The notes: a model not told the origin generated them from the sequence alone. 64,000 bases of DNA from Cyanophora paradoxa CCMP329 (GCA_004431415.1 QPMI01000535.1:1-64000); one strand, 5' to 3'. Positions 13,100-27,088 are shown, counted from the stretch's first letter. A program made the numbers and translations.

Positions 13100-14033
13100 T
13101 GATTGATTTCACAGGAAGGGGCCGTAGATGTGCTCCATGAAGGTGTTAAACCGTTGGAAAATCTTGTTGTAGGGTGGCAACTCGCCGCAAACGAACTTGA
13201 GGGGGTCCACGAGCCAGGGTACCTGGGTTGCAGATGGGCGGGGTCGAGGAAAGGGAGGGCGCTAGCTGGCCATGGCCGTGCCGCACCTCGGGCGACATGG
13301 TCATCGTGAGCAGCCCACGCTTGCGAAGGTCCGACATAGTAGCATAGACGAGGGCCGACTCTGCGTTCTCCTCTGGGAACGGGTGCAGCGTGGTCTCGCC
13401 GACGAGGTGGATGTGCGCAACCTTCTCGACGAGGATATCCTGCAGCGATGCCGGAATGTCCTCGAGGCGGGCGCTGCGGGCTGCACTTAGTGCACGAGGC
13501 GGCGCTCGGGAGCCGCGCGCACTTCTCAAGCCGCAATGCGACCGTGCGGGGCTGGTGGGCACGCAGGGTGGCCTCGATGATGGCCAGCCCTCTGCCGGCA
13601 GCCGCTGCTTGGGCTTGAAGGTGCTCTGCTCCGGGTCCTGTGCCAATGGCAAGCCGGCTGGTCTGAGAAAACGAGCAAGAGGGCGCCGGCGGCGGGCCGC
13701 ACGACGATGCAGGCGGGGCTGGAGATTTCGAGAGTGACCACGGGCATCTCCTGCGCGCGTGGTTTAAATTTGTGGCCGAGCGAGCAAAGAATTCGAAGCG
13801 CGAGCGAGCAGACGCACGCTGGATGTAGCGATATGAAGTGTGACCGCGCGTACTTCATCCTTTGCGTCCTTCGCATCATACGCATCTCCGGCACGCGGGC
13901 GCTTAATAGCGCTCATGCGACTTCGCTCCGGAAAGTTCGCCCCGGCGTCTTGGAAAGTCTCCAGCTGGCGTTTCTCCGCACGCTCCTGGCCGCTCTCTTC
14001 GAACTCGCGTTTCGTCTCCTCGTGTGCATCCAT
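13100..14033 (-). CDS. Multi-exon hypothetical gene divergent from copy F
   Basis: Paralogous first exon; downstream protein-like exons bounded by GT/AG. Confidence 0.4.
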
Positions 14034-14532
14034 CCCTGAGAGACGCATCTGTCAAGGGAGGCCGCACGGACGCACGCGCAGCTTAACCCCGCCATGGCCA
14101 TGGATGCGGAAAGAAGGCATCCGGCGCACCTTTTCGAGCGCCACGTGCCACGCTTCCACGCCGACAGCACTTTGACCGCTTGCCACGCCGACAGCACTTC
14201 GGACGCTAGCAGAACACAGCTCCAGATCCGGCGCTCCGGAAACCGCGACTTCGCCCCGGCAAGTTTGCCCCGGCGACTTTGCCCCGGCGACTTTGCCCGG
14301 GGGGAACTACGCGCAGGGGGTACCCGTCCGACCACCACACTAGCAAGGCTCCAACGGCGGCACCCGGCGGTCGGAGAACTAGCTAGAGCACGCGATCTAG
14401 CTAGCTAGAGGCTTTAGCACCGCCGGCTACCTCGGCGGCGCTCGGTCTGAGCGTTCGGTACGCGGCCATCGGTCTCGAGCTCGAGACCACCAACTTGGCG
14501 CTCGTAGTTCGTTTGTAAAGTAGCTGAGATCG

Positions 14533-15180
14533 ATGCTTACCGCATGGGGAAAACGTATTCGAAAACAGCTCGTTACTTCACGGAAGCCGCGGTCGGCGCC
14601 ACCAGTACCAGAGCCAACAGAAGAGCAGGTCGCCGAGTCGGAAGCGCTGATTGCTCTGTACGCGCCGCGATCGCGGCTCGAGAACGCGGGCAGCTCTGTC
14701 GAGGTGCGCGTTCTCGGGGACTGCCGGCCCTTCCGGTGGGCATCACTGATATGACAGGTGCGACCACGGTTGCATCGATGCCTTAAGCTTGTGCCCTAAT
14801 CTAAACAGCGCAGGGCCTGTTAGATTGAAGATCTATGTTTCAGAGACGTGGCAGACAGATCTTCTGGAGGCTGCGTACCGTGAACTCGTCCGCAGCACAT
14901 ACCACGCGCACCCTGATGCGCTGATGATGTATCGATACGACCAGCAAGTCGGTGCTTCATTTACCTCGAGTTCTTTGCCGAGTACTTCGAGCCGGTGCAA
15001 GATATCTTTCCGTCTTCCCTCGATTTCTGATCATGATGCGGCATTCGCGAATTCACGCTTGCGCGTGCACAGAGGTCGAGTCCAGGGCCATCCCCGGATG
15101 ATCTGTACTACGTCGCGAGGGATTCGGTGATCCCAGAAGTCGAGCACGCGCCCTTCCTGGCGACCGTTTTCGGATCCTAG
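14533..15180 (+). pseudogene. H3-tail-like family copy F
   Basis: GKRIRKQLVTSRK; family motifs with indels. Confidence 0.55.
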
Positions 15181-15524
15181 CTATTGCCCGTTTCAAGGCC
15201 CCTAGCGGCCCGACAGCTGCATCTTATTCGAAGTCGTGGCCGCCGGCGCCATGCACGCTATAGCTAGCCGCTGAGCGGAACAGAGATTCGAATTCGTCTG
15301 CGCAGAGATTGCTGTATTTTTCTTAATTCGAATCCTTTGCCGCAAATGAGCGTATCGGCCTTGGGACAACGCTGCCGCGGAGCGCTAGCGGTCGCATAAA
15401 TCGAAGAGTTCGAATTCTCTAGAGAGCCATGTATGCGAAAACCACTAGAGAATATACATGCTGGTCGAATTCGTATTCGAGACGAAGCCGGCGCCGTACG
15501 CGTAGTGCATCAGGAATAATGAAG

Positions 15525-16700
15525 CTAGCTAGCACTATACGTCGCCATTGAGCGGATGTTTTCCAGAGCAATCATGGCTCGCATTCGCGACAGGTAGTTC
15601 GAGGCCTGCGCTCGTTCTCCGGATCCCCGCGGGAACTGGTCGCCCGCGAGGTAGAAGAAATCACCGGTGATGGTCCCTGAGGTTTCGATGTCTGTGCACA
15701 TGCACGCGCACGCGTGAATTCGCGGATCCGGAAGCCGCATCAGAAATCATCGTCAGACGCAAAGAAAGCTTGCACCGGCCGCTCGAATCCACTGGTTTCT
15801 GGGTTGAACCAATACAGCGCTACATTGTTTTTCGGTACGAGAAACTCGCTGCACGCCCGCGCCAGCAGCGCGTCCGGCCACGACCCCGAATCCGGATCAT
15901 TGACTTGCACAAGATCTGCACAGGCCCATTAATTCTGTAAGAAATGTCTCTGAAACGGGATAAATGGGCACCTGACATAATTCTCCAATCGTCCGCTACA
16001 ACATGCACCGCTACGGAGCTGTTTCCTTCATTAATATTCTCGACTGGTGGCGTCGCGCGCAGACAAAGGAGTCCGCGCGTGTCGAGCGGTGGCGGCACGA
16101 GCGAAGTTATATCTAGAGCATCGCTGTTCTGCGTCGCTGCCGTCGCTGGTGCCTTTGAGAAACGGGCGGCCAATCTTGCCAGGTATCGTGCGGGCTCCGC
16201 TCCCGGCGGAAATTGGTCGCCCGTGAGGTAGAAGAGATCGCCTGGAGATGGTCCCTGTGGTTTCGATGTCTGTGCGCATGCACGCGCACGCGTGAATTCG
16301 CGGAAGCCGCATCAGAAATCATCGTCAGACGCAAGGAACTTTCGCACCGGCCGCTCGAATCCATTGGTTTCTGGGTTGTACCAATACAGCGCTACATTGG
16401 ATTTGGGCACGAAATACTCACGGCACACATCGGCCACTAACGCTTCCGGCCACGACTCCGAAACATTGATCGTGAATCGCACAGCCATGCCTCGCACAGG
16501 AACTGCACAGGGGTTTTCTATGGTATGGCATCCTGGTCGCAAAAGCGACAAGTACCTTGCGTCTCTTCAGGGTCCTGGATGCCCACGGGTAGTACCGCAA
16601 GTCCGCGAAAACGCTCACCTCGACGGAGCGGTTTGGCTCCGCCGACATCGCAGTAGCGATCGCCGAGACCGCCGCGCCTGAAGAAGCAGCCGACTGCCTA
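15525..16700 (-). CDS. Diverged family member with two tandem copies of the domain and no H3 tail
   Basis: Two SVxVxV.AD / LYW.NPET.GFERP / GDxFYLxGDQFP units; last exon of the first reads in frame into the second. Confidence 0.5.
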
Positions 16701-17715
16701 CTCCGCTGTCGGAGCTGCCCGCGCGAGAGACGCTCCTGTCAAGGGAGGCCGCACGGACGCACGCGCAAGGCCGCTATGGGTGCGGAAAGAAGGCCTCCGG
16801 CGCACCTTTTCGAGCGCCACGTGCCACGCTTCCACGCCGACAGCACTTTGACCGCTTGCCACGCCGACAGCACTTGGACGCTAGCAGAACACAGCTCCAG
16901 ATCCTGCGCTCCGGAAACCGCGACTTCGCCCCGGCAAGTTTGCCCCGGCGACTTTGCCCCGGCGACTTTGCCCGGGGGAACTACTCGCAGGGGGTACCCG
17001 TCCGACCACCGCACCAGCAAGGCTCCAACGGCGGCACCCGGCGGTCGGAGAACTAGCTAGAGCACGCGATCTAGCTAGCTAGAGGCGTTAGCACCGCCGG
17101 CTACCTCGGCGGCGCTCGGTCTGAGCGTTCGGTACGCAACCATTGGCAGCCATCGGTCTCAAGAGCACCGATGTGGCAGCCGTACTTCGGTTGTAACGTA
17201 GCTGAAATCAATGCTTACCGCATTCAAAGCGCTGTGCGCTGCGCCCCAGCTCATAATGGTCGGGCCTGGGTGAAGTTGGCCGAGGTCGGGCCGCCCAACA
17301 ACCTCCCCTTAAAAGCTGCAAATCGTCTCTAAACGACCTTTTAGAACACTTGAACCAGTCAAGGCAGCCCGCATGCGTCGCTCTCTTGACGAGTTGTGCT
17401 CGCATCCACGACGGACCACAGAAGCTACCGGGCCATCGGCGCTCAATGGATCCCATGCACTTATGCCTAGCTAAGCACATTTAGCACGGCAGCAGTGCTC
17501 CCCCGCGCGGCTTTCCTAGGTGGGGTAAAGACAGGTGTGGTAAAGTCAGCCCTAAGTGAGTGAAGTTGCAAGTTTACCATGTGGTAAACTTAATTCCTGG
17601 CTCCCAGTGCTGGCCAGTGTCCGACTCGGCGATCATCTCTTGAGTGACGTTGAGTCTCGAGTCTCGACTCCGGAGTCCGGACTTAAGTAATGCGGGCTCT
17701 TAGGTAGAACACTAG

Positions 17716-18161
17716 TACGCTACGAGTTCTTTGGGGGTCCAAATCTTCGCAAGAACTCGGCGGACCCCACAGGCGCTGGCATTGTCGGTTAGTAACGGCT
17801 GACTGGGGCTGGCCTCGAGCTGGCAGATTCTGTCCGGTACCGAGTATGCTCCTAGTATGCCAAATGGCAGCCACTGCTCTGGTATATTTCACGTGCTATA
17901 GTTCAACCTATCAAGGTATATAGATTCTGTATGGACTTCAAGTCTAACTTGGCCAATCGAATCTTTTTCCGGGAAATCTTCGAAGATCTTCAGTGCCCAA
18001 TCAGATCTTCACCGAGTTGCTAGACTCGGGCTGCGCCCGTACTAATTTGACTCGGACGCCGGGCTGAGTCTAGCAACTCGGCCGAGTTTAGTCAATCAAC
18101 TTGACTCGGATTTGGTTTGTATGGCGCGAAGATCCGCCGGTCCAAAAAACTCGTAGCGGTA
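17716..18161. mobile_element. MITE-like element
   Basis: Imperfect TIRs CGCTACGAGTT...ATCTTCGC / GCGAAGAT...AACTCGTAGCG; non-coding. Confidence 0.5.
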
Positions 18162-18450
18162 CTTAAGTAATGCGGGCACTTAAGTAATGCGGTCCCGATA
18201 GCGAAATGATGCGTTTTCCGCTGGCAAAACGCATTATTTCGGGACCGCATTAATATCGAAGCGCTAAGCCGGCGATTAGAAAACTGCGGTAGGTATACGT
18301 ACCCCCCTCACGCAGCCACAAGGCCCTGAGGCTTCAAAACGCATTAATTCGGGACCGCATGATTAGCCGGCGCCGTACTGGGCCGGGGGTCCGGGTCCAA
18401 AAACGCATTATAATTACTTACCGGCGAATTACTTAAGTGTTTTACGGTAG
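18162..18450. repeat. Dispersed repeat; diverged inverted copy at ~33995-34245
   Basis: Shared ATTAATGCGGT/AATGCGTTTTG sub-repeats, GGACCCGGACCCC and CTACCGT end. Confidence 0.6.
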
Positions 18451-21400
18451 CCCCGTCGCCGGGCCGTCGGTAGGGCACTTCAATACAGCGGTAGCTCAAT
18501 TAATTAGATTAACTTAGTAACGCGCCGAAATCCGGTCTCACTGAGAGTCATCGCGTTAATTTGCTATCGCATTAATTGATTCTTAGCTGCAGAGTCTCTG
18601 CTGCTAAGTTGCGACGGTCACCAATTAAATTACCGCGCCAAAAGTTTGTTAAAACGCGGTAATTTGGTACGGCCGGCCGTACCGCGCGCGGAGTCGGCGC
18701 GGACCGCGGTAATTACCTGCTGAGAGGTCGCCCCATACAGTCTACCCCCCAACATTACCGCCCCATACAATTGCGCATGCACTGCGGCAAGCCTCAAATT
18801 TGTAAAACGCGGTAATTTGGTACCGCGGTATTTTGCTCTATGGCGGACCGGGTTTTAGAACGCGGTATGATAATTTATGCCGCGGTAATTTATAATTAGT
18901 CCCCGGCGGACCGGCGACGCCGCGACGGTATACCGTCACCGTATACGTAGAGCCCCTCGGACTCTGGCTCGGAGTCGCGACTCGTGAGACTCGCGACTCG
19001 CGAGTCGCGAATCGCGATCATGATCAGGACTCCGAGTCTGCCGACGTCCTCGGGAGCCTCGGGAGTCCTCACGTGGTCGGGACTCCGAGTCGGGACTCGG
19101 GAGTCGGGAGGGAGGACGTCGACGTCGACGGTCCGCGGGGCCGGCGCGGGCGCCGGCCACGGCCCACGGGTCCGGTCGTCACTGACTCGTCGCTCAGCGG
19201 CTGATCATGATTCATGAGTCGTCAGTCCGAGTCTCCGACTCTTCTACGCGCTATATCATAGTATACCGGTAATCATTGAATGCACCTGCAGTACTGTAAA
19301 CGTACGCGTACGAATATCCGCCAGCGTTTAATTTCGACTATTTTCGCCAGACCCGTGCGTTGGCGAATATTTGACGCTGGCGAATTGAGCTTTTGCATGG
19401 AAAGAGGGGTACTAGCCGCCGAGTCGTCCATGACGAGGGTCGCGGGGTGGCGAAATCAAGACGCTGGCGGATTTATTTTCACCAGGATTTTCGGGTTTTG
19501 GCGAAATAAAAAGCGTACGAGTCGTACTGTTGTCGTACGGTGTCGTACCGCCGACTCTCCCGGCGATTCTCCGTACCGGTACAGTCTCTGCGCATGCCGA
19601 CTCTCCGGCGACTCTCCCGGGACTCGGGCCGGGACTCCCCGGAGTCCGCAGCTGCAGGCTGCAGCTAGCAGCGAGACTCCGCGGGACTCCGGGGAGTCCG
19701 CGGCGACTCCGCGCCCGGCCGACATGTACAGCCGCCGACCGTCGGACTCCAGAATCTCGACGTCGACTCGTCTCGACGTTGAAAGATCAGCAGCTGCTGC
19801 ACAGCCGAGGCGTAGCCCTGCAGCTGCAACTCCTGACCATGGCCATGTGGTCTTATCCCGGCGCATATCTCGGCAGCGGAACGCATGCTAATCGTGTTGA
19901 AGCCGCGGTGCGTATACGTAGCCGCTCTTTGTTGATCCGATTGCTAGCTATAGGTTGCGCATGCTTATATATGCCAATGCTCGAGCTCGAGTGGCCCGAC
20001 CGCACGTCGAAGATCCGAGTCCAGGCTGTTCGAATTCCGCAGACTGGACCGCAATTAGCTCCAATAAGAATCGCATATGTATTATATATCTAGACGCCTG
20101 CTCATGAAATCGAACATGGGCTTACAATTACACGCCCCCGCACGCGCAGAGCCTGCTCAGCCTGGACGCTTCCAAGATTGAAGGAGAATTCGTCTACCTG
20201 AATGCGAAAGTTGGAATAGATGCAGAAAACTTTCCAACGCACATAAAAGAGATCGGGGTCAACATCGGCCGCGAGGTCTGCAAGCTATATCTGTACATGT
20301 TTGCGCGAATTAAACCTCAATTATATATACAAACGCCTCTACAAATGCGCATACAGGTCACGAACGTCGGTGGCAAGCTGGTTTATGGCGACAGCGGGAC
20401 GAACATTGGCATCACCTGTAAGAATGCCAAGATCGACTGGACACGGGCCTCAAATAATCAAGCATTCAGCGCGAAGATTCGCGCTGAATGCCAAACGGGA
20501 GAAACGTGCGCCCTCCTGCGCGTGCAGCTGGCCATTGTCGCTGCAGCTGGCCATCCGCGTTTATAGGACGCGCAGGAAGCCGCAGAATTGCTGGAATCTG
20601 TGGGGACTCAAACTGTGCTGGCCTCTAATTCCGGAAAAGGTCTACGGTTACACCGAGATCGACATGACAAGCTTCTTCAGCAAGTGCCGTATGAACGAAG
20701 TGCGCTGAGTGCAGCAATTATCCTATCAATCAATATCCTAAGCTCACCACTGCTTTTGCATTTGCATTCGGCAATTCATCGAATCATCACAGCCCCAAAG
20801 ATATGCCGATGAATGCCACCGACTTAATCAATCATGCGACATAAACAAGATAAGCCTGGTGCGGCTCAACCTTTCTTTATCGATTCTCCTCGACTTTCCT
20901 GCAGCTGACCGATAACCGTTTTAAATTTGATTGGCACCGATCCGCCCTTGCCTCGACGCAGGCCTGCCCCAATGGCGAGTACTGATCTCACCAACTCCGA
21001 CCCACCCTATTAATATATATATTCTCTTAGCATCCCCGGGCCGCCGAGTCGGTGCGAATTCGAAAAGCTGACTCGGTGCGTGCGCGTGCTTGCGCGCGCA
21101 GGTGTGTGGGGCTACAACTTGCGGCTGGACGAGCCGGTGCAGGAGCTCGAGGCCGAGCTCGAGGCCGAGGCCGAGCCCGAGATGGAGGGGGCGCACGCCG
21201 CCGTACGCGACGCCGACGCCGACGCCGACCTCGAGTTCGAGTTCGGCCTCGAGGACGCCCTGGGCCTCGAGCAGGCTGCGTATACGGCGGCCGACGCCGG
21301 CGCCGCCCCTTCCGACGCGATGGACGGCTGATCGTTGCTCGAGCTCGACGTCGACGGTCGCGCGTGCCGATTCGTATATATACATGTACGTAGCTATCTG

Positions 21401-22351
21401 TGGGTGTATTTTTTTCACAAAGCCCATATCAAGGGCGGTGGCGATTGTATTTGTTCAGTAACATCATCGTACGCACTACCGGTTCGGAAATGGCCGAACT
21501 CTGGGTCAGAGCATAACCTGAGGCCGGAACACAGGGATAGGCGCTTCGACGCTACAGCTGAGCGTTTCTCTTGTAGGGGGAGGCGTGGTAGGGGGGTCGA
21601 CGTCGTTGTCGTGAGTGTAGGTGCGTGGATCTCGGCGCCGAGGGGGCCAATCTTATCGGGCGGGGAAGAGGGGTGGGGAGGGGGGGGTGGGGGCGGCGCG
21701 GGCTAGGGTAGCGGGCGCGCCCCCTTATTTTTATTGCGTGTGGGGCGCGGGGCGTATGTGGTCCTGGTGAAAGGCATTATCGGGGGGGGCTGCGGGGGCG
21801 GTCGGTTGCGGGCGGGGTAGGCGCCCTAGTGTGGTCGGGGGACAGAGGGGCGTGGCGGGGGTACCGGCCGTGGGGCTAGTCTGTCGCTAGCTGCTAGGCC
21901 GGGGGAAAAGCTTTAGGGGGGCGGGCCCGTAAGTGGGCAGGGCTTTACGCGAGGGCGGGGTAGGGAGGTGACATTGCTTCATAGAGCTATCTAACTCAGA
22001 GAGGGGGGCGGTGGGCTCGTCATGAGGCCCCCTTCTTCGGCAGTCATGCTACCGCGAATTGTAAAGAGAGAAAAATGAAAAGAAAACTGAGGCCGAAGGG
22101 CGAAAGGGCCTAGGCCTTTGAGGTCAAAAGAGGGGGGAGGTCTACGCTGCCGCGTTGTCGGCGGCGGCCGCCCGGCGGCCGGCCAGGAATTAATCGAAGG
22201 CCTCGACGGCGGCGGGGCCCCCGAGGGCCGAGGTGAGCTCGGCGAGCACGCGCTGGGCCGCCTGGTAGTTGGTGAGCGAGATGGTGGCCGGCCCGGGGCC
22301 GGGGGCGGGGGCCGGGCCCGGGGCGGGCGCGGTAGCGGCGGCCGGCGCCGG

Positions 22352-22382
<31 letters not shown>

Positions 22383-23799
22383 GCGGCGGCGGCGGCAGCG
22401 GCAGCGGCGGCGGCGTCGACACGTCGGCGGCGGCGGCGGGGCGGCGTCAGCGGCCACGGCGGCGGGGGCGGGGGCGGCGGCACCGCCCTTGCGCTTCTTG
22501 ACGGCGTCGGGGCCGAAGCGCTCAATCGCGCGCTTGCGGGACTGGGCGGCAATGTCCGCCGCGCATATACAGCATCTATATATGCATATGATCATGAGCT
22601 CAATTGGAAGGGCCTAGCTATGCGCTTGCACGCATGTAGTATATATATATGGACCTGTCCTGGTTCCCTTGTTTAGAAATTTGCATAATGGCTGCTTCAG
22701 GCCTGTGCACTGGCATGCAAGTTCGAGCTCGAGCGCGAGGAGGGTGCCCAGCTCCCTCGTGCGGTTAAAAGCTTTCGAATTGCTCCACTAGGGGGCCAAG
22801 GGCGTCCCCGAGCAGACGGGGGCCGACTTATTCGTGTGTATATCGATATCGCAGGTGCCCCTCAAGCTCGCCGACCGTATAGGAGGCTTGCATCGAGGGG
22901 GGTGTCAAGGGGGCCAGTCGTCTCGTGGGAGAGGGACTCGGGACCGGCGGGCATGAGGGGCGGGCGGCGCGGGGCCTGGCAGCGACCGCCGGGGACGCAC
23001 TGTCCGCCGCTGGGAAGACTTCGACGGAGCCCGGGGATTCCGGGTCCGATAGTGGGCGAGCGCCATCAGGCTCGGACCCCACGAGGGCGGGTCCCGGCGA
23101 GGCCGGGCCCTGAGGCAGGCGAGCGCCGTCTGGCTCAGACCCCGCGGTGGTCGCTGGGCGAGCGTTTGAGTGCTCATGCGCCCGGGTATGCGTGGGGGTC
23201 GTCGGCTTGCATGCCGGCGCCAGCGGCGCCAGCAGAGGCGGCGTCGCAGCGGGGCGGGGGAGCGGGGCTCGGGGCTCTGTCCACTGCCGCGTCTTGGGGC
23301 GCTTGCTCCGCGTCCCGCCAGAGGCCTGCGAGCGTCGCGCACGCGTCACGGAGAGCCAAGTGAACGGGGGGATGCGGCCCCGTGGTTCTTGAGTGTCGTG
23401 CTGGCGCGGGCGGCCTCGCGCACGGGCCGCTTGCGCCGGCGTGCTCTGTGGCAGTACGGGGCCGGCGTCAAAGTTCGTAGAGGAGGGGCGCGGGCGGAGG
23501 GCGTGAGCGACGGGCGCGGGGAGGGTCCCGCATGATCGGCGGCAGCGGAGCCGGGTGCGTTGGCGGATCCCGGAGCCGCGCGTCCGACTGCGCGGAGTCG
23601 AGTCGAGTTGTGCGTCGTGCGCTGTAGACGTGAGCGCAGGCGAGCCGCGCATGCGCGGGTGTCATGCGTTGGCGGGAAGGCGGGCGGAGCGAGGACGGGA
23701 GCTTAAACGAGCGTATGTTGGCTCTAGATGATGTGTGGCGTCTCTCGGGCGCGCTCGGAGCGGCAGGAGAAGGCGGCGGGGATCGGCCCGTTTAAACAC

Positions 23800-25976
23800 C
23801 ACTAGTGGAGGGGGGGGTCCCGGGAGATCAGCTGGAGAATACGAAATCCAATCTCCACTAATCTCCATTTCCGGACTATAGAGGATTTCTGGAGATTAAC
23901 ACGAGACTACCTGGAGATTAAAACCGAGACTAACTGGAGACTAGATGTGCACGCCGGTGCAGAATTCCCGGAGATTATAAACCTTAGCTATAGAGACTTT
24001 CGGGAGAGATCTTGCCCCGCCCCGCAGAACCACAGGAGACTTTCCGGAGACTTCATGGTATGCCCAGGCAGATTCTGGAGATTAAACAAAATGCAGATAG
24101 CTATATAGCTAATATAGCTATCTAGCTGCACTGCAGCGATAGCTAGCAATCTAGCTACAGCTTTCTAGCTACGGCTACTTCTCTTGAAGAGAAGCGACGA
24201 GATCGGCCCCGGCCCGTGCGAGCTAGGTGTGAACTTGCCGAGGAGTCGCGCCCACGCTGCAGAGCTCGAGGCAGGCAAAGATCTGGGGCCGCGAGTCAGA
24301 AAGGGCGAGCGGGCGAGCTTCCGGCCGGGAGGAGCGCGTACCTTCATCGAGGATCGCGAGGCAAAGTCGCGCGGGGCTGCACGCCTCGAAGCAGGCGAAG
24401 ATCTGGGGCCGCGAGTCAGCACGGGCGAGCGGGCCTCGGCGGGGATCGGGCGGCGGCGAGCGTCCGGCCGGGAGGAGCGCGTACCTTCATCGAGGATCGC
24501 TAGGCGAACTCGCGCGGGGCTGCACGCCTCGAAGCAGGCGAAGATCTGGGGCCGCGAGTCAGCACGGGCGAGCGGGCCTCGGCGGGGATCGGGCGGCGGC
24601 GAGCGTCCGGCCGGGAGGAGCGCGTACCTTCATCGAGTATCGCGAGGCAAAGTCGCGCGGGGCTGCACGCCTCGAAGCAGGCGAAGATCTGGGGCCGCGA
24701 GTCAGCACGGGCGAGCGGGCCTCGGCGGCTTCCCGTGCGCGTCTTGGCATGGGCCATCCACACGCCGAGCGCGGCGCCCGGCGCCGCAGCCAGCGAGGAG
24801 CGCGGGCCCGAGATCTCCCCAGGAGAACCCTCTGGACCGCCGCGCTCCTCTGCACCTCCCCTATTCCCGCGCGTGAGGATGCGCGGAGGTCGTTATCTAA
24901 ATGTGCAGTAAACATGCAGCGCGATGGTCGCTTTCGGCACAGCGGGGCAGTTTTCGCACGCGCCGTCCCGCGGAGCGGCGCTGGGGGCTGCGCGGCTTCT
25001 ATACGCATTTCTACTCGATATAGAATGTCCGTGGCATGCTGCGCGCCGGGTGGGAGGTCCGGGGAATGCATTCGGCTGCGGAAAGTATATGCAGCCGGTT
25101 CAAATTTGGCGGCCTGCTGTGAACGCACCGGCTCATCTACAGCTTCTGAGACTTGCATATTTGGAATCAGAAGCTTCAAAATAGGCTGGGTGCATAATCC
25201 CAGGTCGATACGCGAAGACGGCGCGATCCGCGACTCGGTCATGAACATGATGATCATGAACATGATTTGCATGACATGACATCGACGGTTTGCACTCAAC
25301 CTGCGCATTTTACATTTTACGAAATACCATAAATATCCAGAAGGGTGTAGATGGGGGTTTTCGAGGGTGGCGGAGACGATGAGCGTGTTTCTGCGGCCAG
25401 CCAATTAAAGCCTGAACCGGTATTCAAGATTCGCAGTAACGGGGGCCCCATATTGCTCCCAGCATCATTCCGCCCCACCCATTCGCAGGCAGCTTCCACC
25501 ACTCCGAATATAAGTCATTCAGATGCTATTAAGAGATACTGCATGCTTGGAAGCCCGCTCGGAGTTCGAACTACGAGCCCCGCACCCCTCGAGCCCTTGG
25601 CCCCCGGCCCGCGGCCGCGTGCTCAGTTTGCAGACGAGCTGGCCTCGTTCATATCGATGCTACAATTGCAAGTTATATATAATTAGCTGCAGGAAGGCAC
25701 ACTACCTACAACTAAAACTGTAATATTGATAAATTCGAACGTCGATACAGATACTCTAGATCGATATCTCCGCGAAGTCTCCAGCCAAGGCGCGGAGACT
25801 TGCTGGAGAGTGGCTCTATACAAGTCTCCAAAGAGTCTCCAAGCGGATATTAGCTGGAGACTACAGCTCAGGAAATACTCCATCTAGTCTCCTGAAGCCC
25901 CAAAAATGCGTTAGTCTCCAGCTAGTCTCAGTCTATTCTCCAGCTGATCTCCCGGGACCCCCCCCCTCCACTAGTG
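23800..25976. mobile_element. Non-autonomous CACTA (EnSpm/CMC) transposon
   Basis: ~41-bp TIRs CACTAGTGGAG(n)TCCCGGGAGATCAGCTGGAGAATA; 3-bp TSD CAC; subterminal GGAGA(C/T)T repeats; no transposase seen. Confidence 0.9.
24255..24730. repeat. GC-rich tandem repeat (~143-bp unit) inside the CACTA element
   Basis: GCACGCCTCGAAGCAGGCGAAGATCTGGGG at 24379, 24522 and 24665. Confidence 0.85.
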
Positions 25977-27088
25977 CACGTTACCGCGGGAGCTGGCGCG
26001 AGTCCCGGCGCCACCAGGGGCGCAGCTGCTCTTCTAGATGTCTGTGATGTCGCTGCGGCTGTCGTTGCCCGCCCGGCGGGCCTACTTTGCGCGTTCGGGC
26101 CGTGCTGGTCGTAGGGCGTCGGCGCCGCGAGTTTTGGGACCGGCCACGTGCAGTGCTAACAGGCACCCGCGTTGGGGAAGCCCCACTGCGCCGGCTTACT
26201 CGCTCGCGGGCCTTCGCGCAATTTTCCGGGGTACCGGAATCCCTATCTGTGGGTGTATATATACGTATATACGTGCACGTGCACGCGATTAAGCGCGCAT
26301 ACATGCACATGAGACTGTACATCGTTCATATATGCATTGATATTAATATTAATATACATGTATACGTACGGGCTCTACCCCAAGTCCCGCTGGCTCAGCC
26401 CTAAGACCCCCCCGGCCGCCCTGTGCGCTCTGCATACCCCCCCAAGCCCCCTGCACGTGTTACCCACGTCTAGGCCCGCGCCACCCCCCCCCACCCCCCC
26501 ACCCCCCACCCCCCTCCCCAGCCCCCCACCCCAGCCCGGCCCAGTGCCAAACCCCCGCCAAGACCCCCAGCCGGCCATGCCCGAGCCCCCCCCCCCCACC
26601 CCCCCACCCCCCCCCTCCCAACGCCATCTCCCCAATTGCTCACCTCACCCACGGCCCCCGGCCCCCTGTGACCCTCCCGCCCCACGCTACACCCCCACGT
26701 CACTGGCGCCCCCCCTCCCCTCCCCCCTCCCCCCAGGGGCGCTAGCGAGTAAGCAATTCGGGTAGGTTCCAGCCCTACTAGCAACGATTGACCTGGCGCG
26801 GGATATGCCCGCGTTGGGGTCGCAGTTGTGGTCTCTGCCAATAAATCACTGCAGCTGCCCAGATGGGCTTTGTGAAAAAAACATGTATACGTATACGTAC
26901 GTATACGTGCCCGCTTATAATTAGCGGGTCAAGGTCATCTTTATATATTATTTAAACATTTTTTTGGTGAATTTTAAATAAATGCATTGGCACACACCGG
27001 CCGCAGTACCGAGACAATATATTAATACAGCTATATACGGCCATTACGACTTATATAATTATTTCATGTACGTATACGTATACAGGGA

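Noticed and set aside
21000-26800. Many long overlapping ORFs
   Set aside because: Expected by chance in very GC-rich low-complexity DNA; no recognisable domains or transposase
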